Below are positions 1-12,715 of a stretch of 64,000 bases of DNA, piece by piece. The position numbers and the translations under genes were made by a program. Below the pieces are notes generated by a model, which saw only the letters and a list, made by a program, of their open reading frames with translations, searched no databases and was not told where the DNA came from. Numbering within the stretch: the stretch's first letter is position 1; each line of letters opens with the position of its first letter. Origin of the DNA: the human T2T-CHM13v2.0 reference genome, Homo sapiens; assembly GCF_009914755.1 (NCBI RefSeq), contig NC_060931.1; one strand, written 5' to 3'.

Positions 1-361
1 CAATACAAAGCCCCATTGATTCTAACTCAGAGATTCTGCCTTAGCTCCAGCTGCTCCTCCCCAGCACCAGTAGCGCTGGCTCAGTCATCATTTCCCACTG
101 CCTATTCCAATACCTCCTTGCTGGGCTCATTGCCTCCTGTTCATCCCACTTCAGGCTGCCCTCTGTATCAGCGATCCTCATCCATTTTTCTTCCATGGAG
201 TGCAATGCTCATACATGAGACATATTCCTATGGGCCACTCAAAGATCGAAGAAGTAGAAACATTTAGTGAGAAAATTAAGCATTTAATTGTTCATAGTCT
301 TCCACAGGCCCTGCAGAGCCACACACAATCGGACCCTTATCTCCATCTTATTTTTGTTGCC

Positions 362-812
362 CACTCCTCTCACCCTCTTCTGCCTCTTCTGCTTCTGCTT
401 TCTCCTCCTCCTTCCCCTTCTTCCTCCTCCTCCCTCCTCCTCCTCCCTCTTCCTCCTCCTCCCTCTTCCTCCTCCCTCTTCCTCCTCCTCCCTCTTCCTC
501 CTCCTCCCTCTTCCTCCTCTTTCTTCTTCCTCCTCCTCCTTCTTTCTCTTCCTCCTCCTCCTCCATCCTTCCTCCTCCTCCTCCATCTCTTCCTCCTCCT
601 CCTCCGTCTCTTCCTCCTCCTTCCATCTGCTCCTCCTCCTTCCATTTCCTCCTCCTCCTCTTTGTCCTCTTTCTCCTTCTTCCTCTTCCTCCTCCTTCCT
701 CTTCCTCCTTCTTCCTCTTCCTCCTTCTTCCTCTTCCTCTTTCTCCTCCTCCTTCTCCTGCTCTTCTTCTTTCTCCTCTCTGTTCTTTTTCTCTTCTTCT
801 TCTTTCTTTTTA
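362..812. repeat. Polypyrimidine (CCT/CTT/TCC)n low-complexity microsatellite tract
   Basis: About 450 bp made almost entirely of C and T on the + strand; it produces six overlapping low-complexity ORFs. Confidence 0.95.
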
Positions 813-1325
813 TTTTGCATTAAGCCTGATATACCCACAATATTTCTGAATTCTGTGAACTTAGAGAATTTCTTTTATTCACCATTGTGTCCACAGCACC
901 CACACAGTATCTAGCAGATACTGGGCACTCAAGAAATATTTACTGAAGGAATGAATCGAGTATCACAACTAGTGGTGGTATATCGGTAGACTAGCTAACT
1001 GCGGGTAGTGACAGCCCAATCTGTGTATTATAGGCAATCCCCACCCCTGGGATGCAAATTGTAAGGTTACTAAGAGTCCTGCTATTGCAGGCATAATTTT
1101 GAATGTTCTCTAACTTAAAAGAAAAATAGTTTTATATACTAGCACCAGTTAGTCATACATCTGCTGTACATATTAGGTCCTATCACAGTGCCCTGGAAAT
1201 CTATCATTTGGCTACCAGACGTTTCTTCTTTGAAAGTCTACCTAAAGCATAAAGCTCAGCACATACTTCTGCTGATGAACCTAATGGATCCCCATTGTTT
1301 TCAGAATAAAGTCCAAGTTATGTGA

Positions 1326-1845
1326 TGTCTTAGTCTCTTTGGGATGCCATAATAAATTATTATAGGAGACCAGTGCGGTGTGGTGGCATGTGCGGAGTAA
1401 TCCCAGTTACTCCGGAGGATGTGGTGGGCAAATCACTGGAGCCTAGGGCTTTGAGGCTACAATGAGCTATGATCTGGCCACTGCACTCCAGCCTGGATCT
1501 CAGAGTGACACCCCCATATCTAAAAAATAAAAAATAAAAATTATCATATACTGGATGGCTTAATCAATAGTAATTTATTTTTACAGTTCTGGAGGCTGAA
1601 GGTCTGAAAGCAAGGTGCCAGCGTGGCCAAGAGCTGATGAGGGCCCTCTTCCTGGTTCAGTGTCTTTTTGCTGTGTCCTCACATGGCAGATGGTGCAAGA
1701 AATCTCTCTGGAGTCTTTTTTATAAGGGTGCTAATCCCATTCATAAGGACTCCACTCTCATGACCTAATCACCTCCCAACAGTCCCATCTCCTAATACTT
1801 TCACACTGGGGATTAAGTGTTAACATATGAACACTCAGCCTACAG
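1326..1845 (-). mobile_element. MaLR solo LTR (MLT1A/MST type) interrupted by an Alu monomer
   Basis: Starts tgtcttagtc; contains acagttctggaggctg, aaggtgccagc, cctcacatggcaga and catgacctaatcacctccca, all typical of an antisense MaLR LTR. Confidence 0.75.
1368..1540 (+). mobile_element. Free Alu monomer (FRAM/FAM-like) nested in the MaLR LTR
   Basis: gtggtggcatgtgc..gtaatcccag..ccactgcactccagcctgg plus an A-tail; flanked by the near-direct repeat aaattat(t/c)ata. Confidence 0.8.
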
Positions 1846-3173
1846 AATTTGGCATGTCTAACAAAACCATTCTCAAGCTGGACCTGGTCATTGTTTCCAA
1901 CTTCAAACCCAGCCAGTGTCTACCATAGGCCATGATCCTGCTAGGTTTTTACATACTTTGGCCTCCACCAGACATGTTCCACTTTTGTCCCCATATGGAT
2001 GCATATTTGCTCTTTAAAATTCAGCTCTCTCAAGCACTTTAGTTACTCCTTCTTCTGTGTTCTGATTGTATTGGGTATCCTATTAATTATATACTTTATT
2101 ATCTATTCCATGGTAACTTATTCAAATGCCTGTTTCCCAGACTAGGTGGTAACTCCTGGATTAGACTGTGCATTTCCAATGTTGAGCCCAGTGTGTAGAA
2201 TATAATGGCATCCAATAACAGTTGGATGACTGAGTGCATTGTCAATTGTTTGGAAGTAAAAATGCCTTTGCCTACTGAAGCAATGCTATAAATGGTGATT
2301 TAATTCTTAGCTGACTAAAAAAAAAAATACTGTTTATACCATAATGCAACTGAAACCTATTGCTAATATTGCTTTCTCATCTAGTTTCAGAATGTTATCT
2401 CTGTTTCACTGCAATTGGGGGAAACTCTTTCTTCTCCTCCTACCCCAGCCCAGAGGCAGAGATCTTTTCTATACTTTTCTCTTTTGTCCTTCATTGCCTA
2501 AGAAGGAGAGGCCAAAAGAACGGTTCTGTCTTTTTATTTGCAGTGAAAATGCGATGGTATTTCTGCCATATCGATTTTCATAGTGGAGATGTATGTCAAT
2601 CCAAAGTTGGCATCTTTGGGGTTTGCCTGTGTCTTATATAGCCTTGAAGACCACTTGTCTCATAAGACATTGCTATGCTGATGCATGAGGATCTTGCTGC
2701 AGTTCTATTAGCTATACAATGAAATTAACTTTAAAAGAAGTCTACCAGTAAATAAAAGTAACAAAAGGACCGTGCTACTTAATAAGGGTCTCAACTATAA
2801 GACATACTCATACTTTTATTAATTCTGTCACTTGTCCTTTGGCTTATATTGCATAAATCAAAAGAGCCCTTCTTCTTTCCACCTTTTCACTCTCATCACA
2901 CATCTTATACACCTTGGTTTTCTTAGCTATATCCACAAAAATAATGTTTAAATTTTGGGAAAGAAACCCATGTCTGATTAATAATTGTTGTCATTTATTT
3001 GGTGAATATATTATAATGCAAACAAACATAATTGCTCTTAATAGGTGAGAGTGACACAAAGTTTGAGAAATAATATTCATACAGAAGTATGTGCTTTTAT
3101 AAAGTAGCTAATTGGGTTTGCTAATTAAATAAATGCTCTTTCTGAATCACCCCCTCCCTTCTTTTTTAAATGG

Positions 3174-3309
3174 ATGGTGTTTGCATTGCTCAGTCCCAGA
3201 AAATCCCACGTGAACCAAGACCTGGAGAATTTGAAAAAATTATCAAATGCCTGCTAGAAACACCTAATGCTCGAGCAGTGATTATGTTTGCCAATGAGGA
3301 TGACATCAG
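3174..3309 (+). pseudogene. GRM8: GRM8-derived exon ([45 protein letters not shown]) with splice acceptor lost
   Basis: Manual translation matches the mGluR8 extracellular domain. GT donor at 3310. The polypyrimidine tract is followed by TGG rather than YAG at 3171-3173. Confidence 0.9.
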
Positions 3310-3740
3310 GTGCTGATTACTTTTCTTCTGTATGCAGGGTCAGATTTGTGTCCCATATCCTCTTTCTAACATATTTCATGTTCAACATAAAAGTTTGTAA
3401 TTCCCTTCCAACAACAGACTGCTTTCTGCTGCCTTCTAGTTTGTAAATCTGAAATACGTACAGAGTAAAACTTGGGGACTAAATGAGATAAGACAAACAA
3501 AGGTGATAGACAGAATGATGTGAATGAGGTTAAGGATAAGGCTAATTAACATATGTTGGAGTTAGTCTCTGCTATATTGCTTTTAGGAGATGATAAGACT
3601 CGGGCAGTTAGAATGATTGTCTTAATTGTTAAACAGTGACCTACTGAGTGTATAAAACTTCCTAAAGCTGGTATTGTAATATTCATAATTGTGGTATTTT
3701 TAATACATGTGACATGCATTATTTATTTTTATTCCTACAG

Positions 3741-3895
3741 GAGGATATTGGAAGCAGCAAAAAAACTAAACCAAAGTGGCCATTTTCTCTGGATTGGCTC
3801 AGATAGTTGGGGATCCAAAATAGCACCTGTCTATCAGCAAGAGGAGATTGCAGAAGGGGCTGTGACAATTTTGCCCAAACGAGCATCAATTGATG
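3741..3895 (+). pseudogene. GRM8: GRM8-derived exon ([51 protein letters not shown])
   Basis: Acceptor ttcctacag| and donor |gtaag; 155 nt; contains the mGluR WIGSDSW motif; phase is compatible with both neighbouring exons. Confidence 0.93.
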
Positions 3896-4055
3896 GTAAG
3901 AATGCACCGTAGAGAATTTGTTTTATTCCACTTGGATCTGAACTCAAAGGCAAAACTGGAGTATCATAATATGAGGAAATGCACTCATTACTGATGACTT
4001 GATACAAATTTTAGCTTTGGTGGCAGAATTGTCAAGACCAGTATTTAAGCCAGCA

Positions 4056-4064
4056 TGCATATGC

Positions 4065-4099
<35 letters not shown>

Positions 4100-4194
4100 T
4101 ATATATACATATATGTACACACATATATATACATAGATACACATATATATACACACATATATATACACATATATATACACACATATATATATGT

Positions 4195-4232
<38 letters not shown>
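4056..4232. repeat. Compound (TA)n/(CA)n/(TG)n microsatellite
   Basis: Directly visible dinucleotide runs. Confidence 0.95.
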
Positions 4233-4235
<3 letters not shown>

Positions 4236-5108
4236 TTAGGAAAGAGGACCCATTATATTTTTTTAAGAAAAAGACCGTAGTCAGTTATTTCCATTATGTT
4301 AGTAATTGCACTTTGAGTTTGAGTTTGCATATTTCTGTGGGTATTTATGGTGGTTATAGCATTGTTGGAGGGAAATGCTTGATTTATAGAAAATGAATAT
4401 ATGATGCTGGGCTTATCCTATGGATAAATAAATGCAACAGGAAAGGCTTGGAGCATCCTGAAAGGCAGTCTGTCTTCTAAACATCTTTTCCAGTCGGTTT
4501 GACAGTAACTGAAATTCCCATCTTAACATTATCCTCTGGAGTAAGGCATTATTTCCAGGGGGTCTCCCTTCAATAAAGTAGTTACCTGAGTAAACCAACA
4601 CTTGAGTTCATGACTCCATAAGATGACATTAACATGATTGTTTTATTGAATTAGCTGAAAACAACATATGGGAAGGAGAAATTTTGAAGTATGTGGAAAC
4701 ACAGGAAAGTCTGGAACATTGATCCATGCTAGGAAAGAGAAAAGAATGAGGGAAGTTTAAGTTGGGTTCTGAGTATTCAGGATTCAGCATGAAGTCACTG
4801 GTTGCTGCCTCTGGGAGAAGTAGAGTAGGAGAGGGTATAAGAAGGACGCTGACACCAGGCTTTCCTGTAGTACTTATTCACAGAGCCAGGTGCTTGAGTA
4901 CTGGTGGTGGTGTGGGGGGATTGTCCATTGATCCTCCTTGACTTTTGCCATAAGAGAGGCCTTATTTATGGGCTACTGGCTTTCTCTCATTTGTTATGTG
5001 TTTTTTTTTCTTTTCATGCAGTGATCAGAATATAATGTCCATTTGAAAGTTCTGACAATATTTAATTTTGAAAGAATATTAAAATCATACCTTTCTCCTT
5101 TGAAATAG

Positions 5109-5246
5109 GATTTGATCAATACTTTAGAAGCCAAACTCTTGCCAATAATCGAAGAAATGTGTGGTTTGCAGAATTTTGGGAGGAGAATTTTGGCTGCAAG
5201 TTAGGATCACATGGGAAAAGGAACAGTCATATAAAGAAATGCACAG
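5109..5246 (+). pseudogene. GRM8: GRM8-derived exon ([45 protein letters not shown])
   Basis: Acceptor aaatag| and donor |gtaac; 138 nt; contains the mGlu[14 protein letters not shown] motif. Confidence 0.93.
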
Positions 5247-5841
5247 GTAACCACTCAAATGTTTCCTGTGGTGCATTTGTTTCATTTTCATTTGTTTTCA
5301 TTACTTGATAAATTATGTTTTTCTATATGGACAATGATGAATGTATTTTCTATTTTTTGTGTCTTTTTGTTATAGTGTCTCAGGGCTCAGCATACACTGA
5401 TCATTCAAAAAACTTAAATTTGTTTATTGGTTCTTTCAATTGATCAGCAAGTTTTTATTGAACATATACCATGCATACAGTACTGAGGTATCTGGGAAAC
5501 ATTTATTGTCTACTTTGGAAAATGTACTTTATTAGGTTTGATGGAATACAGACAAATAAGACATGGTATTGCTCTCCAGGGGTTCAAAATGTAATATGTA
5601 TCATAATAAGTTGCTATAAGACAGTATTTTTCAACTATTTTAATCCCTGTCTCCTATAATACTATTATTTTCTTAAATCCTGCATAGCAGCTATCTTGGA
5701 ACATGTATGATTTTTTGATGCTTTACTTTCCATAGCTTGTGCTTGAAAATAATAATGATATTGAATATGCATTTTTGAATATATGATTAAAACTATATTT
5801 ATTTTCAGATGATTGTGCACATAGAAAAAAAACTCGCATAA

Positions 5842-6360
<519 letters not shown>

Positions 6361-7272
6361 GAATGTGTGTTTTAGAAATGATTCATTCCTTCTTCTACCC
6401 CGCCACCCCCAGACTTTGATATGTCCTCCTTTCCCTCCTCCTCACTTTCTTTGGAAATAGCTGTTCAAATAAAAGATGTAATATACTAAAAGCTAGCACA
6501 GACGTATAAACAGAGACAGAACAAGGAGGTGGAAATGGGTGCCACGCTGTGGAAGAATCTGATTTCAGGCTTCCATGTGCCAGGCACTTTTCCAGGAGCT
6601 GGGTTGAGTGAAGAAAGGCAATATTCATGCTCACGGGGCTTACATTTGAGTGTGGGGAGATGGACACTCCATAATAAACATAAATGAACAGATGTGTTCA
6701 GATGCTGAGATGTGCTTAGAAGAAATACAACAGATTAACTGTGAAAGACTAACCTGGGTATTAGGAGGAGGAAGGTAATTAGACTGTGTGGTCCAAGTAT
6801 GCCTCGCCAGAGGAGGTGACATTTGAGATAAGACCTGAGTGACAAGAAGTGATCAGTTGTGTAAAGATATGACGGGAGTGCATGACAAGCTCTAGCGCCA
6901 GAGTAAGGCTCTTTTGTTCAAAGTAAAGGAAAAAAAAAATAGTTCAGGGAGGTTGGAGCAAGAGTGAATATCGCGAGAGGAAGCGTGATGACAGCTGAGG
7001 CTTTGATGATAGTCTGGAGCCAGATCATGCACGGTCTTGAAGTTCTTTCCAGAAGTTCCAGAGTTGCGGAATTTGGGCTTTATTCTACCAGTAGGACACA
7101 ATGTCTTGAGGCTCTTCATCTAGAGAATTGCTCAGACACTCGGTTCAAGAAGATTTGCCTGGCAGAAGTGTGAGGAGGATTGGGGTTCAGGGGAGAAAAT
7201 GGAGGCAGGTCAATGAGGACTCATCCAGTATCCTGGGGACAGGCCGTCATAGTCTAAGAAGTGCTAACTAGG

Positions 7273-7643
<371 letters not shown>

Positions 7644-8933
7644 CTAACGCTATATAGTGTTGTATTTATATAACAACCAGCTGAGTGGTTGATGCTGGGG
7701 CGAAGATCGTTAAATCATGGAGGATGCTGATGTTAAACCTCTATCGGGGAGGTCTAGGAAAATGGTGATGTAATTAGTTAACAGAGGAAAAATAAAATAA
7801 ATAGAATGGTTAGGTGTTTGGGAATAAACTTGAATTTTGTTCTGAGATAGCCCCGTGAAACTGGCCAGCAGGTGGCAGCATAAGGTCTGGGACCCCACAG
7901 ACAGTTCACTAAAATTTGAGATTAGGAAGTCTTGGCGATTTTGAAGTTAAAGACAAAAGCAGAAATGCAATTGCCATGGGAGACTGAGAAAAGATGAGGA
8001 GTGATGACTGAGAATTCAAGGGCAGGAACCAGGAAAGGACACTGAGAATGCTGGGCTTGGGGGAAGGAGATGAACCGGGAGTCAAGGTTGTCTCAGTCTC
8101 CAGGAGAAAGACAGGTGCGTGAGGTTTCAGTGCTGCAGGGACTTGCAGCTGAGAGATAAGGGTGTGCCTGGGTAACCAAATTAGAGGGGTTGAGAGAGAA
8201 CAGAATAGAAGTGGAGGAAGGGATGCTGTTTAAAGAAGTTTTGAGAGAAAGAAAGTAGATATGGTGGGAGAGCTTGAGAAAGAATTGGAGATTTCTTTAG
8301 GATAGGGCACGTTTAAGCATGTTTTCAAAAAAAAGAGAAGGGATAACTAGTGAAAGAGAATAAATGCAGAGTAGGATCTTGATGGAAACTTTAAGGAGAG
8401 GCATTAAAGACCAATGTTACCTTTAAATCATGTGATTTGGTTGGGGGATAAAAAGGTACACACAAACATATACTTAATCAGAGAGGAAAGTTCTATGATT
8501 AAATGCTAAATTTGGATATAGATAATTAGGGAAGTTCAGAAAATGTATGTAAGTTCACATTGTAAAATCCAAAGCTCTGTGGAGGAGATGAGTGTTTGAT
8601 GACAAGAAGGATTTGGGAAAGACATCCAAGATGAGAAGAAATGGGGAGTCAGCAGGACAAAGGCATGGAGTAGGACGTGATGTGTAGGTGCGTGAACAGC
8701 AGTAAAAAGGTCCAGCTTCTTGGAGAGGAGGATACATGAATGGAAAATACAAAGTGGCAATTTATAGATGGGTTTGGAAGGAGAGTTAAGACACTTACAT
8801 GCTTTCCACTGAGATATATTTTACACTATGCTTAACTTTGAGTTCTGAATGTTATTGTTTGATTCTCTTTAAATTCATTTCCTGTTATTTAGACTGTATT
8901 GGTGAAAATACCCCAGTTAATGAAATGGATGGA

Positions 8934-8935
<2 letters not shown>

Positions 8936-8970
<35 letters not shown>
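8936..8970. repeat. (CA)n microsatellite
   Basis: About 17 CA units. Confidence 0.95.
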
Positions 8971-8972
<2 letters not shown>

Positions 8973-9041
8973 TTAACCAGTCACATAACTTTTTAATAGG
9001 CTGTTTTCAGAATAACCAGTTTCTCCAAACTCATATTTTCT

Positions 9042-9305
9042 TTCTTTTTTTTTTTTAACTCGTAAGTGGGAGTTGAACAATGAGAACATATGGACACAGG
9101 GAGGGGAACATCACAAGTGGGACCTGTCAGGGGGTTGAGGGCAAAAGGAGAGTGAAAATTAGGCCAAATACCTAATGCATGCGGGGCTTAAAACCTAGAC
9201 GATGGGTTGATGGGCGCAGCAAACCACCATGGCACATGTGTACCTATGTAACAAACCTGCACGTTCTGCACATGCATCCCAGAGCTTAAAGTACAATAAA
9301 AAAAA
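9042..9305 (+). mobile_element. 5'-truncated L1PA 3' end (roughly PA8 age) with a 5' poly-T
   Basis: L1 3'UTR sequence (gtgggagttgaacaatgagaac..aacaaacctgcacgttctgcacatg) and an A-tail; TSD tcatattttct at 9031-9041 and 9306-9316. Confidence 0.9.
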
Positions 9306-11029
9306 TCATATTTTCTAAGTTCAGCCGAGGTATGTAGCTGTTCCTTTAGCATCTGTAGATGGTATATGATTAGACTTTTATTTCAGGCACAAATACTGAA
9401 CTGGTTTGTGGCCGAATCCAGATTCTGTGGCATCTCTGCCTCCAATTCCTTTGATTTAATTGGGTGTTGCTAAAATTATAACAATTTGTCCAATTAGAAC
9501 TATTTCTAGTGCAGTGAAAATGGTGTTTACTCCAAGTGCTAGGGCAAATGCACCCCTAGGGAACTGGGTCAGTAAACAGATTTTCATGCAAATTCCATTG
9601 TGGGTGATACCAAAATAACTTGTCTCTGGGTGGAAAACAAATAACACTAATTTAATTTTTTTAAAAAGCAACATATGACAGTTTTCAGATGATGAGAGAA
9701 GATATTTGTCCCCCAAATTACCATTTTACCCAGTTTTCATTTCTGTTTTAGGGGAGAAGGGAAGATGATCTGGCATGTTAGTGGTCAAATGTACTTGAAA
9801 GGAAAAATTTACAGGATATTCACGAGTAGAGGTGTCCAGCGTTTGCAAAGTGCTTTAAAATGTGGCCGTAAAAAGTTTACATTTTAACTACCTGCAATGA
9901 GTCAAAAAGTTAAGACACTCTCTGAAAGTGAGATATCCATGACGCCCTTTTTGCTCATTCAGAACATCATTGGTAGGTTAGGTTATACGTGTTGAGTAAC
10001 ATTTTACATTAGGCAATGGTGATCTGCGAACGTAATTATTTGCTACCATTGGGGGCAAAATTGGCAATGTATTTACATGGATGAGAGAGTGCTTCCCAGC
10101 AGGGAGGGACTTCTGTCTTAGCAGTTTTCCAGAGATAGAACATCTTCAAGCAGTGAGGAGCATTTCTTCCTGAAATTTACTCAGTAGAAACAGTTTTCTT
10201 TGATAATTTTCCCCTCTAGAATCTCAGGAAAGCTTTCAAAAAGATGTGATATTACTGCTAACTTTTGATTTGCTGGCCAAATTCCAAGTGAGGTAATTCC
10301 TACCATCCACTTAGCTATTTATGTAGTTATTATTGCTTCTGAGAGCTGCTGAGTTCTGAAAGCTACTACTACTTAATCCTACTTAAAATTCCCTTTGTCT
10401 TTCTCTAGAAGAAAAAAGGACTCTTTTATACTTGTTATCAGTGGTGATGGGTGTTATTTTATAGACTTTTATCTGACCTCTCCCTCCCTCCCTCCCTCCC
10501 TTCCTCCCTCCCTCATTGTACTCTCAGGCTTAATGTCTTTCCACTCTCCAAAACCCAGACATCCACAGACTCTCTTGAGAATTGCATCTTCATACTCTCC
10601 CAGTCTTTACACATTTTTCACACACTTATTTCCCCACTCAGGCCTCTGCCACAATTCCTCTCCCTTCATTGCCTCATTTTTTCTCATTCATATCTTTTCT
10701 CTGATCAGTCCCTTACTTGACCTTGTTTTGTCCAGCAATATTCTCATTGGCAGTAGAGTCTTTCTTCAGAAGTTTTGCTTTACTTTTTAAATGACTGTCA
10801 TTCTGATTTCTTGTCTTCTGTAGTGAGGACCCGATAGTGAATATTGCAGAGACCTGAGTATGTGGGTTAAGCTGCTAAACAAAAGCCAGCTCCCTCTGGA
10901 CTCAGGCCGGGTCTTTTCCTTCCTGTCTCCATCACGAATTGTAAATAGCTCTGCGCTTATCGAAACGACATCCCTTGACTGACCCAGTAAATACAGTTGA
11001 TTTCATATCCTATCTTAAAACCTTCCTTT

Positions 11030-11160
11030 GTTTCATTCATCCATCCATTCATTCATTATTCATTTAGTTGTTTATACATTTTGAAGCTCCCCATGTGCCA
11101 GGCACTGTGCTTCAGATAGAGAGACAAACAACAGACCTCCCTTGCTCTCAAGGAGCTCAC
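11030..11160 (-). mobile_element. L2 3' end
   Basis: (ttca)n tail followed by atgtgccaggcactgtgct..ctcaaggagctcac. Confidence 0.75.
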
Positions 11161-12559
11161 AAAGACATATACACTGTCTTGTGGAATTTGAGGTGTTTTC
11201 TTTGCTGGGTTTTAATTCTCAGCCAGGAGGCTGGGGCACTGCTGCTTAGCCTGCATACAGCTGACACTCAGATACAAAATAGTGGTGAGCATATGCTATG
11301 CAAAATGGCCTATTGATTCTTATTTATGATGATAGAAATAGCGGTAATGCAAAAAGCAATGCACAAATATGTTTCTTCCCACAAACAAGCAATCCTGTCA
11401 GTGAACCAAATAGCAGGCTCAATAATTAGCTCCCTGAAAGACCTGTCAGTTTATTTTCTGGTGCTAGATTAACTATGTAACTCTTCAGGTATAACTACCT
11501 CTCAGCAGTCCTCTGTTTGTTTTGTGAAGTTATGAAAGGTATAAGCTCTCCCGTATTCACTCAGGACACATAGAGACCATATGAAGGAAGTAGGTAGTCA
11601 TCAAGGGGGATGAATTTACATAATTGGATTTGGTGATTCAGAGTGAAAGATAACCCAGGTAGGTTCCCCTGAATTAAAATGTGTTCTGCCTTCCCCATTT
11701 GTCCCCTTGCCTAGAGTAAAACTCTGTTGGGGAGAATGCCTTTACGTTAGCACTATGAGGTAGGCATCCATATGCTCTTGTTCTTCGCAAGTAAAATAGC
11801 AGAAATCCAAGGATGACTTATTTATGCTGTTTCTGAGATTTCATGGTGAATTTCAATAGATCCATCTGAGATGACAAAACAGGCATTGATTTCAGACATA
11901 CTAGATTTCAGAATTTAGAGCTGGGATGTAAAATAAGAATCAATCTCTTGTTTTCTAGTGAAGAAACTAGAACCCAGAGAAGTAAAGTGAATTACTGACA
12001 AATCACAGTGTTAATCTCAGAGCTGCAGCCAGGATCCTGGTTTCTTTTATTTGGATTTGTCCTTGACATTTATATCCTCCATTTATTATTTACTTATATT
12101 AGACATTTTACCACATAGTTGAAAAATATTTTCCTGTTTTGCTCTTTATGATACTTTATGTGTGATGGAATACATTTTGGAATTTTAATCACCAACTATA
12201 AAGTGAAGCAAAAATAACATATTGGTTATTACCTAATCCTTTATAAAGTAGTAAATATTTTAATATTCTTCACATTGATTTTCATTTATACATGTAGTTT
12301 TTGCTAGTGGGTCTTGAACAGCATAAACCTTTACATCCAGTTCCCTGGCCTCTTGCCTTGTATAAGAGTAGACCTATGACTACATTAAGCAAAAAACAAA
12401 ATAGGAGAAACTATCAACTAGAAGTTTCTATAACTCTAAGTCCAATGACATTGAATTATAGCAGTTCACGTTGCTAAATTATAGTTAGTTTACTCATTTA
12501 TTCATTCTCTTAAAGAAAAAATCTATTTTAAAGCAATATGGGCAGCACTATGTCTAACA

Positions 12560-12715
12560 GCATTTCTAGAATGTTAGCATGCACACAAATCACTTGAGTA
12601 CCTTGTTAACATGCAGATTTTGATTTTGTAACTCTGGAGGTAGGCATTCTGCATTTCTGACCAGTTCCAGGTGACATGGATCCTGGTGAGCTCTAGGGTA
12701 TGCTTTGAGTAACAG
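12560..12715. mobile_element. MER5-type hAT-Charlie DNA transposon fragment
   Basis: aatcacttg..cttgttaacatgcagatt..tctgcatttctgaccagttccaggtga..ctttgagtaaca. Confidence 0.65.

Noticed and set aside
200-914. Long ORFs of up to 208 aa (poly-Ser/Leu/Pro or poly-Glu/Arg)
   Set aside because: They are translations of the CT microsatellite, which lacks stops in most frames.
3174-5246. The functional GRM8 gene
   Set aside because: The acceptor is lost, several Arg codons are replaced, and the block ends at a duplication-junction repeat with no further GRM8 exons seen.
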